From a virus (lineage: Duplodnaviria; Caudoviricetes): a stretch of DNA of 39,756 nucleotides. Position numbers and translations under genes: made by a program. Each line of letters starts with the position of its first letter. Position 1 is the first letter of the stretch. The stretch spans positions 1 to 39,756 of the IMG/VR virus record IMGVR_UViG_3300039305_000009; one strand, given 5' to 3'. The notes beneath the pieces are model-generated. The model saw only the letters and a program-made list of their open reading frames with translations. It was not told the DNA's origin and searched no databases. Of the stretch, positions 33,408-39,756 are shown in pieces.

Positions 33408-34286
33408 CTACGCCCTTTCCTGCACCATCTCCGTGATGCCAGGGCAGACCCGCTCCAGGTGCGCGGCGAACTTGGCGCGAACCTCCTGATCGGTTCCGCG
33501 CCTCGCGTGAATGATGGCGTGTGGCATCACCGACTTCCCGAAGGGCAGGTCTAAGGCGGGGTTGTGCACCTTCACATCCACAAAACCGGCCGCCTCCACG
33601 AGATTGACCAGCGCGGCCACGTTCGGCTTGAACCAGGTGGTGAGCCAGGAGCTGGCGGTCCCGTTGAACTCGATTCGCGGCTTGTCGCCGCCATCGAGCA
33701 GCACAGGATTGGAGATCACGCACAGGCCCTTGGTGGCCTTGCGGACCGACATCAGCGCGCCGCCGACGTCGCGGACATGGTTCAGGAGCGACCCGACGAA
33801 CACCAGATCGAACTCGCCCAGCTTGTCGGCGTCCTCGATGTTCGCCTGGACGGGGACCACCTTGGAGTTGCGCAGCTTGTGCGCTAGGAAGAAGTCCAGC
33901 CGCTCGCCAGATTCGGTCACGTTGGGGAATCGCTTGCGTCGATCCCACTTCATGTACTCGGACAGCAAGCCCGCGGTGATCTCTCCACCGACATAGCTCT
34001 TGTCGAACAGGGTCGCGAGCTCGGTGGCGACGACCTGGGCGGCGTTGCGGCGCTCGAACTCGAAGGCGAAGAAGCCTGAAGAGCGACCAATGTCCAGGAC
34101 CGTCTGGCCAGTCAGATCCTCGGGAAAGCCATACCCTTGGACCACTTCGCGCAGGTCAAAGTCGCCCTTGACGGACAGACCGGGGGTTAGGTCCATCGAG
34201 TGATACCAGATCTGATTCCTGGCCTGCTCCAGCGCTTCCTCATGAGACAGTGCAAGGATCGCCTCATTGAAGGCGGGCTTGATCAT
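33408..34286 (-). CDS. class I SAM-dependent methyltransferase, CmoB/DUF1698-like (292 aa)
   Basis: WYHSMDL..G...DLTGQTVLDIG..SGFFAFEFERR.A...FDLVF.G.LL.H..D; GGAGGA RBS. Confidence 0.85.
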   Translation of the reverse strand: MIKPAFNEAILALSHEEALEQARNQIWYHSMDLTPGLSVKGDFDLREVVQGYGFPEDLTGQTVLDIGRSSGFFAFEFERRNAAQVVATELATLFDKSYVGGEITAGLLSEYMKWDRRKRFPNVTESGERLDFFLAHKLRNSKVVPVQANIEDADKLGEFDLVFVGSLLNHVRDVGGALMSVRKATKGLCVISNPVLLDGGDKPRIEFNGTASSWLTTWFKPNVAALVNLVEAAGFVDVKVHNPALDLPFGKSVMPHAIIHARRGTDQEVRAKFAAHLERVCPGITEMVQERA

Positions 34287-34345
34287 CACGTCCTCCGGAT
34301 TCTTGTCGTCGTTGGGATGGGCGAGTGTAGTGTCGGCAGAGGCCG

Positions 34346-34954
34346 CTACCGCCGCTCGTAGATGCAGTGCGCAAACAGCGGCTCGCCGTTCTTTGCCTGG
34401 TACTGGTCCTTGATGCCGATGAAGCCGAAGCCCAGGGCGTCCAGCTGGCGGTGGACCCCGTTGAACAGCGCCTCCCCCTTGTAGAGGGACACAAACGTCA
34501 TCTCGATGATGACTGCGGATGCCGCGCGGAAGATGCGCTGGCCTCCAGCGATGATCGCCTCCTCGGCACCCTGCGCGTCCACCTTGATCAGGATTTCCTC
34601 GGCCGGGGCGGCGAGTTCGTCGTCCAGGCGTGCCAGCTTCACCGGGATGGTTCGGGCTTCCGAGGCTTCGGGCCATTCCTTTCGGGTCGCGTCATCCAGC
34701 GGCAGAAGCGAGGAAGCCGCGTCGTAGGCGTTGACGTGGAACTGCGCTTCTCCGTTCCGGTCTGCCAATGCGACAGGGTGCAGCGTGAACCCCTTGGCCT
34801 TCAGCTCTGCGTGGCGGTTGGGCAGCGGCTCGAAGGCATGCACCTCCTTGACGCCGAAGACCTTGGACAGGTGTAGCCCGTAGTCGCCGTTGTTCGCGCC
34901 GATGTCGATCAGGGTCTGGAAGTTGTGTCTTGCGTTGAGCCAGGAGAGGTCCAT
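34346..34954 (-). CDS. FkbM-family methyltransferase (202 aa)
   Basis: IDIGANNG, AFEP, RLDD, IKVDAQGAE, LYKGE.LF motifs. Confidence 0.9.
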   Translation of the reverse strand: MDLSWLNARHNFQTLIDIGANNGDYGLHLSKVFGVKEVHAFEPLPNRHAELKAKGFTLHPVALADRNGEAQFHVNAYDAASSLLPLDDATRKEWPEASEARTIPVKLARLDDELAAPAEEILIKVDAQGAEEAIIAGGQRIFRAASAVIIEMTFVSLYKGEALFNGVHRQLDALGFGFIGIKDQYQAKNGEPLFAHCIYERR

Positions 34955-35089
34955 GCCGCATTGTCGGAGATTTCCTAGCTCCCCCTCCCAGACGATGCGC
35001 CGCCCCGCATAGCCGGCGACACTGCCGCCCGGCGCCGCACCGGGTTTCCACCGGCTTCGCACCTCCCTGACAAGAGCGCGGCGTCCTTC

Positions 35090-35118
35090 AGCCCTCGGCC
35101 TTGCGGCCGGGGGCTTTT
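35090..35118 (+). terminator. terminator-like hairpin, possibly bidirectional
   Basis: AGCCCTCGGCC-TTGC-GGCCGGGGGCT followed by Ts on the plus strand. Confidence 0.6.
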
Positions 35119-35121
35119 CTC

Positions 35122-35304
35122 TCATTTGCTCAGGGCGCGCTCGACCTTCTTGCGGCTGTTGCCCTCGGACTTGACCGCACGCTTCACGTCGGCGGCCTTG
35201 GCGCCCATCTTCTTGGACTCGTAGCTGACCTCGTGCTTCTGGCCACCGGCCACGCGGGATCGGTCCTGGTTGCGACCACGGCTGGACTTCTGAACGGATG
35301 CCAT
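35122..35304 (-). CDS. DUF3606-like small basic protein
   Basis: QDRSRVAGGQ.HEV.YE.KK.G.....VKRAVK..GNSRKKVERAL; AGGAG RBS. Confidence 0.8.
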   Translation of the reverse strand: MASVQKSSRGRNQDRSRVAGGQKHEVSYESKKMGAKAADVKRAVKSEGNSRKKVERALSK

Positions 35305-35395
35305 GTTGATCTCCTGTAGTTGGATGGCTGCATGGTCGTCCTGGCCAGTGCTGGGCCGTGCAGGTGAAGTTCAACAGGCCAGGTCGGCGCGCGCC

Positions 35396-35605
35396 TCAGT
35401 GCTTCGAGGTCGCGTAGACCTCGTCGAACGGCAAGAAGCGGGGAGGGTCGTCCCGGCCGTTGCTCGGGTTGCAGTGCTGGCAGGGCATGCCCATATCGCA
35501 GGTACAGCCGCCGGGTAGGTCTTCGTCCCAGGGTCGGTCCGGGTGGGCCTCACACACCCAGCCCAAGTCAAAACAGTTCAGACAGCGGTACTTTGGGCTG
35601 TTCAA
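35396..35605 (-). CDS. small Cys-rich Zn-binding protein
   Basis: CLNCFDLGWVCEAHPDRPW...CTC..GMPCQHCNP. Confidence 0.75.
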   Translation of the reverse strand: MNSPKYRCLNCFDLGWVCEAHPDRPWDEDLPGGCTCDMGMPCQHCNPSNGRDDPPRFLPFDEVYATSKH

Positions 35606-35834
35606 GGCTTCTCTTCAGGTCGGCAATCATCCGTTGTCGGCCGGCTTCAATCTCGGCATCCGAGGGGACATCGCGCCCCATCAGGCGGTCCCACTCCAGG
35701 CAAGCTCGGGCACCGTCGCCGGCGTCTAGCGCGTCCCACACGGCTTTCTCGTCCCCGTTCATCAGGGCGATCACTGCCTGCTGGATGGCAAGCCTCATCC
35801 TGTCGCCGACCTCGATCAATTGCTTTTCGTCCAT
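35568..35834 (-). CDS. hypothetical helical protein (88 aa)
   Basis: Protein-like composition; no clear RBS. Confidence 0.65.
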   Translation of the reverse strand: MDEKQLIEVGDRMRLAIQQAVIALMNGDEKAVWDALDAGDGARACLEWDRLMGRDVPSDAEIEAGRQRMIADLKRSLEQPKVPLSELF

Positions 35835-35918
35835 GGGAGCAGTCTGTGTGCGTGGGATGCGGCCGTCTGTCGGCGGGGTTCCCTCAACCCCTCCAGACTG
35901 GTCCTGCGATTATGGATG

Positions 35919-35927
35919 TGCTACACT
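35919..35927 (+). promoter_or_regulatory. extended -10 promoter candidate upstream of the structured RNA
   Basis: TG-C-TACACT; no convincing -35. Confidence 0.45.
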
Positions 35928-35949
35928 CGCGCCTGAGTTGCGCGAATGT

Positions 35950-36222
35950 GCAAACGCATGGTGATTGGTAAGTCTGAAGTCTTGGGGTCTAGACGCCGAG
36001 GGTTCGCGCAGTCACCAGCCGTTTGCTCTGTTCCGCGTCTTGACGCCCGCCGACAAGAGGCCCTGGCAGCTTCCCTCGGGATAGGTGGATCAGCGTTCGG
36101 CGTAGCGGGCAACCTATTCGGTGAATGCGCAGGCTGATGCGCAGGGTATGCACTCCTGACGCGGTGAACGTGCAAATGCCGTGTCTGTGCCGGGGATCAG
36201 CGCCGGCCACCGAACCTATCCC
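35950..36222 (+). ncRNA. structured ncRNA block ending in a tRNA-like cloverleaf with a kissing loop (36117-36214)
   Basis: Stem 35950-35967 with 36009-36026; TTCGGTG/CACCGAA closing stem; TGCGCA-GGCTGA-TGCGCA and GCCGG-GGATCAGCG-CCGGC arms with complementary loops. Confidence 0.7.
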
Positions 36223-36854
36223 TTCCAGTTCCGTCCTTCATTCCAGCCCGGCCGTTTGACTTTGAGCCAGTCCTGGGTGCGCACGCCGGGCTTGTAGGCG
36301 CTGCCCCGGCGCTTGGCCACCACGCCCTCGATCTGCAGGCCGTAGCCGCCCTTGTCCTTGGGCCGGATCATCTTCTGGAAGAGCAGAGCGTCCGCCGGCA
36401 GGTCCTGGACGAACAGCACGCCGGGCCGCGGCTCGCTGAGCAGCTTGGCCAGGGCCGCCTTGCGCCGCTCCAGCGCCCAGCCCATTACCTTGCGGCCGCG
36501 GTGCACCAGGATGTCGAAGACGGCGAAGGTGACAGGCGGGGCACCCGGATACCACCGCCGCGACCGCGCGCGCTCCTGCAGCAGGTTGAAATCGCTGGTG
36601 CCGTCCGGCCGGAGCACGCAGGCCTCACCGTCGATGATGTGCGGGCCGTCTGGCAGCGCGGATAGCGCTTGCTCGATCTCAGGGAACCAGGCGGTGCAGT
36701 CCGTGCCGTTGCGAGTGACCAGCTGCACCTCCCCGCGCTCAATGCCTGCCAGGCACCGGTAGCCGTCATACTTGAGCTCAAAGATCCAGTCGTCGGCCGA
36801 GAATGGGGCAACGGGTCGTTCGGCCGCCAGCATCGGCTCGGGAATCTCGATCAC
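36216..36854 (-). CDS. ATP-dependent DNA ligase, adenylation domain only (LigC/LigD-like)
   Basis: Motif I ELKYDGYR, III IDGE, IIIa FDIL, IV EGVVAK, V WLKVK; ends 12 aa after motif V, so no OB domain. Confidence 0.9.
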   Translation of the reverse strand: MIEIPEPMLAAERPVAPFSADDWIFELKYDGYRCLAGIERGEVQLVTRNGTDCTAWFPEIEQALSALPDGPHIIDGEACVLRPDGTSDFNLLQERARSRRWYPGAPPVTFAVFDILVHRGRKVMGWALERRKAALAKLLSEPRPGVLFVQDLPADALLFQKMIRPKDKGGYGLQIEGVVAKRRGSAYKPGVRTQDWLKVKRPGWNEGRNWKG

Positions 36855-37318
36855 CCGCCCACGATATTCGGCTTCCAGGTGTCGGTGGTGCGTTCGCGCT
36901 CAACCATGGTTTCCAGGATCTGGCGCCCGCGGTAGAGCGTGGGGGTGCAAAGCCAGGTCTGTCGAAATCGTCGATCGCCCTTACGGTCACGGGTATAGCC
37001 CTGATAGAGGCGGCAATCGTCACGGTCCCTGGTCAGCAGGACATCGACCAGCGACAGCAACTCGGTGCGCATGTCCTCCGCGTACAAGGTGGCGATCCAT
37101 CCCGTCCCGGCCTCCTCGCAGACGAGCAGCCCCTCGGCGGCGCCGTCCACCAGCACCACGCTAGCGGGAATCCGTACTCCCGCGTAGCGCATCAGAAACA
37201 CGAAGCAGGGGAGCGATGCTGCGCGTTTCGCCGCGAGGTCAACCTCGCTGCCAGGTCCCGCCGATCCTCGGCGATACCAGCCGGAGCGCGGGCCGAAGAT
37301 CGGCCGCAAGCCTTCCAT
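36851..37318 (-). CDS. hypothetical beta-rich protein coupled to the ligase (start uncertain; alternative ATG at 37192)
   Basis: GTGA overlap with the ligase start; R..G.RIP...L.DV.L...G...QTWLC pattern. Confidence 0.65.
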   Translation of the reverse strand: MEGLRPIFGPRSGWYRRGSAGPGSEVDLAAKRAASLPCFVFLMRYAGVRIPASVVLVDGAAEGLLVCEEAGTGWIATLYAEDMRTELLSLVDVLLTRDRDDCRLYQGYTRDRKGDRRFRQTWLCTPTLYRGRQILETMVERERTTDTWKPNIVGG

Positions 37319-37327
37319 GCCACGGGC

Positions 37328-37627
37328 TCAATAGTCGAGCCGAAATCGAGCGCCAGGGCAGGGTTGCAGGCGCGCCAAAGCGACAGCCATGGCGGCGTTG
37401 CAGGCTCGCTCCCAATTGGCCATCGCGTCTACCTGCTCGATAGTGAGATCCGTGTCCTCCATCAGATCGGCAACGCACAGATAGCGCTGGTAGGCGTCAA
37501 CCAGGTCATCTGTCCCGAGAGCCTGGCGCAGGTTCATCAGGAACCTGACCTCAGCGCCGACACGCTCGGCCACGCTCAGGTGAGGTACGCCCTTCAGCTG
37601 GACTCGCAAGGCGGGTGGCGTGGACAT
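37328..37627 (-). CDS. hypothetical protein directly downstream of the LexA box (99 aa)
   Basis: GGAG RBS; MSTPPALRVQL...; ATG 14 nt from the SOS box. Confidence 0.7.
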   Translation of the reverse strand: MSTPPALRVQLKGVPHLSVAERVGAEVRFLMNLRQALGTDDLVDAYQRYLCVADLMEDTDLTIEQVDAMANWERACNAAMAVALARLQPCPGARFRLDY

Positions 37628-37641
37628 TTTGGGCTCCGAAC

Positions 37642-37661
37642 TACTGTTCAAGCATACAGTA
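37642..37661. promoter_or_regulatory. LexA (SOS) box between divergent genes
   Basis: TACTGTTCAAGCATACAGTA matches TACTG-N10-CAGTA, the beta/gamma-proteobacterial consensus. Confidence 0.88.
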
Positions 37662-37685
37662 TCGGAGGCCGGCAGAATGGCCGTC

Positions 37686-38363
37686 ATGTGCTCCCGTTAC
37701 CGCCCGTCCGATCCGGCCGTGCTGGCCCAGCACTTCATGGCCGACACCTGGCGCCGGCAGCCCGTACAGGGTGAGCTCAAGCCGGAGGCTTTCCCGGGCT
37801 ACAAGGCCCCGTTCATCCGCCGGCCACCAGAGCGCTCGAGCGGCGACGAGGCGGTGCCGGATCGGGAGGCTGTCGTCGGGCTGTTCGGCCTGCTGCCGTT
37901 CTGGGCCAAGGACACGAAGCTGACCAAGTCAACGTACAACGCCCGGTCGGAGACGGTGGCCACCAAGCCCTCGTTCCGGGATGCCTGGAAGCGCGCGCAG
38001 CACTGCATCGTGCCGGCCGCGGCCTTCTACGAACCGGACTGGCGCACGGGCAAGCACATCCCGACGCGGATCTCGCGCGCTGACGGCAAGCCGATGGGCA
38101 TTGCCGGCTTGTGGGAACGATGGAAGTCACCGGTCGGCGAGGAGGTCTTCAGCTTCACGATGCTGACCGTGAACGCGGACACGCACCCGGTCATGTGCGC
38201 GTACCACCGGCCCGACGACGAGAAGCGAATGATCGTGCTGCTGCGCGAGGACGACTACGACGCGTGGCTCGATGCGCCGGCCGAGCGATCAATGGACTTC
38301 ATGCGGCAGTGCCCGCCAGAGGAGCTGGTAGCGGTTGGCGAGCCAAAGGAGAGGGCGGCGTGA
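37686..38363 (+). CDS. SOS response-associated peptidase (SRAP/HMCES/YedK family; abasic-site protection)
   Basis: N-terminal MC (catalytic Cys2), YNARSET, PSFR.AW, FYE, AGLW, H..RM.V.L. Confidence 0.93.
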   Translation: MCSRYRPSDPAVLAQHFMADTWRRQPVQGELKPEAFPGYKAPFIRRPPERSSGDEAVPDREAVVGLFGLLPFWAKDTKLTKSTYNARSETVATKPSFRDAWKRAQHCIVPAAAFYEPDWRTGKHIPTRISRADGKPMGIAGLWERWKSPVGEEVFSFTMLTVNADTHPVMCAYHRPDDEKRMIVLLREDDYDAWLDAPAERSMDFMRQCPPEELVAVGEPKERAA

Positions 38364-38381
38364 ACTCTTGCTGTTCCTCGC

Positions 38382-38735
38382 TCAACCTGCACCCAAACGG
38401 ACGTTGGCCTCTGAGGCGATGAAAAGCTGCAGACGCTCGGACAGGGCGAACCACTCGCCCTGCACTCGGTCCCGCGCGAACAGGGTGTGAATCTCGCGTT
38501 CGCGCTGCCGAGCGAGGGCGCTGTACTCCGCGCGGTGCGCCGCCAGGACTCCCTTGGCGCGGAGGTCGATAGCCCCGATCAGCCGCAAACGGTCGTGGCT
38601 CGCGGTCTGAAGGCTGGCCAGCCGCTCCAGCAGTGGCGCGATGGTTGCCCCGATCTTCACGATCGGCCGGTCGCCCGCTTGGATGAAGTACACGTAGCCG
38701 GTCTCGTAGCGGTGATCGCGGTTCAGCCCCTCCAT
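38382..38735 (-). CDS. T5orf172/MUG113 (GIY-YIG-like) domain protein
   Basis: GYVYFIQ...VKIG.T...RL.SLQT...E.EIH..F...RV.GEWF. Confidence 0.85.
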   Translation of the reverse strand: MEGLNRDHRYETGYVYFIQAGDRPIVKIGATIAPLLERLASLQTASHDRLRLIGAIDLRAKGVLAAHRAEYSALARQREREIHTLFARDRVQGEWFALSERLQLFIASEANVRLGAG

Positions 38736-38766
38736 CTACCTTCCTCACTCATAGAAGCTGGCTCCT

Positions 38767-39756
38767 TCATAGGCTGGCGGCGATTTGCTCGTTGGTTGCC
38801 CGGTAGTAGGTGCGGATCAGGACGTTGATGTCCCGGTGGCGGCTGATGCGCTGGAGCTTCTCCACGGGCATTTTGCGCGCCATGTGGGTGAGGGCCGTCG
38901 CCCGGGAATCGTGGAATGTCGGGCCGTCCACCTTTGGCATCCGGACCCCGCAGGCCACGCAAGCCTTGTGGAACAGCACGGATGCCTCGTTGGGCTCGAT
39001 GACCCATTCCACATCGGCGTAGCGTTCCATGACGCGCCGGCCCTGATGCGTCAGCGGGATGGTCAGTTCCTTGCCCTTGCGTGTGGTCTTGGAGTCATCG
39101 ATGACGGCCACCAGTCCCCGCTTCTTGGCGAGCAAGACCTCCTTGAGCCGCATGGCCGTGCGCAGGGCGATGCGGAAGGCGATGCCGACCTGCTGGGTCT
39201 TGATGCCTTCAGAGGTCTCGCAGTACCGCAGAACCCGGCGGATCTGGCGCCAGTTCCAGAGGATGCCGCGCGGGTCTTCATCCTCTGGCCACTCGACCCC
39301 CTCCATGGGGTTGTGCTCCATCCAGTGCCACTCCAGGCGGCACTTGCGGAACAGGTTGGACAGGAGGTTGGCTTCCCGGTTGACGGTGGACCCCAGCACC
39401 GGCTCGTTCTCGGTATCGCCCGCCAGCCGCCAGTCACGCCATTCAGCGATCTTGGGCTGCTTTATCGTGAGCAGCGGGGTGGACTGCCCGAAGAAGCCCT
39501 TGAACGCCTCCATGCGCCTGGTCTCCCACTCCACCGCGCCGTCCTTCTTCTTCGGGCTGACATCCCGCAAGTAGCGGTCCGCAGCCTGCCCGAACTGGAC
39601 CCCGCGGCCGGTCTTCTCGGCCTCAATCTCGGCTTCCCGCTGGATGCCCCAGCGCTGCGCATCGCCCTTGCGGTCGAACACCTGGGACTCGCGGACTCCC
39701 AGCTTCTCAACCTCGCACCGAAACTGGCCCTTGCCATAGGGCCGTACATACGCCAT
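38767..39756 (-). CDS. int: tyrosine integrase
   Basis: TAMRLKE (R), FHDSRAT (HxxR), SRH (H), TYY (Y); N-terminal arm/core-binding region. Confidence 0.93.
   Translation of the reverse strand: MAYVRPYGKGQFRCEVEKLGVRESQVFDRKGDAQRWGIQREAEIEAEKTGRGVQFGQAADRYLRDVSPKKKDGAVEWETRRMEAFKGFFGQSTPLLTIKQPKIAEWRDWRLAGDTENEPVLGSTVNREANLLSNLFRKCRLEWHWMEHNPMEGVEWPEDEDPRGILWNWRQIRRVLRYCETSEGIKTQQVGIAFRIALRTAMRLKEVLLAKKRGLVAVIDDSKTTRKGKELTIPLTHQGRRVMERYADVEWVIEPNEASVLFHKACVACGVRMPKVDGPTFHDSRATALTHMARKMPVEKLQRISRHRDINVLIRTYYRATNEQIAASL

Larger units (their letters stand above)
1..39756. mobile_element. Temperate podovirus-like phage genome or prophage, apparently near-complete
   Basis: Integrase, cI/cro/cII, replication initiator, terminase, portal, capsid, short-tail genes and holin/endolysin/spanins in lambdoid order; no host housekeeping genes. 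Confidence 0.97.

Noticed and set aside
34346-35374. 342-aa extended FkbM ORF and 422-aa extended methyltransferase ORF (33408-34676) from the ORF track
   Set aside because: The extensions overlap other credible genes out of frame; motifs and start signals support starts at 34954 and 34286
36130-36180. Hammerhead ribozyme (CTGATG core)
   Set aside because: Reads CTGATGC rather than CTGANGA, and there is no GAAA core in the required position
35921-36210. Short ORFs in the structured intergenic block
   Set aside because: No RBS or protein-like features; extensive base-pairing explains the region better
1-39756. CRISPR array or cas genes
   Set aside because: No regularly spaced repeats with unique spacers seen

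Overview
This window is an essentially complete ~39.8 kb GC-rich temperate tailed phage genome or prophage with lambdoid regulation and a podovirus-type virion (no tape measure or tube genes; adaptor, nozzle, GNAT and three ejection proteins). The host is probably a Betaproteobacterium; this is inferred from GC content, a CTG-N10-CAG LexA box and gene content. Gene order: leftward early operon (1-5876; Lar-domain protein, NGO0469-like SSB); immunity region (lipoprotein, cI without a peptidase domain, cro, T5orf172-HTH fusion, cII-like; mirror-image triple operators); replication and nin-like region (initiator with 11-bp iterons, VRR-NUC-like nuclease, N6-MTase, HNH-like genes, Q-like gene); late operon (TerS, TerL, head-fibre pair, portal, scaffold, capsid, tail, lysis); a right-end accessory region; tyrosine integrase. 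Main leads: (1) two unannotated tRNA-like cloverleaf RNAs with a shared architecture, one in the pL leader (5922-6078, minus) and one in a ~290-nt structured intergenic block (35950-36222, plus) with a kissing-loop pseudoknot; (2) a LexA-box-centred divergent module of SRAP, two unknown genes and an OB-fold-less ATP-dependent ligase, which may also carry the missing antirepressor; (3) a two-methyltransferase moron (FkbM plus CmoB-like), a candidate for receptor-glycan modification. All calls come from motif recognition by eye; no database searches were run.
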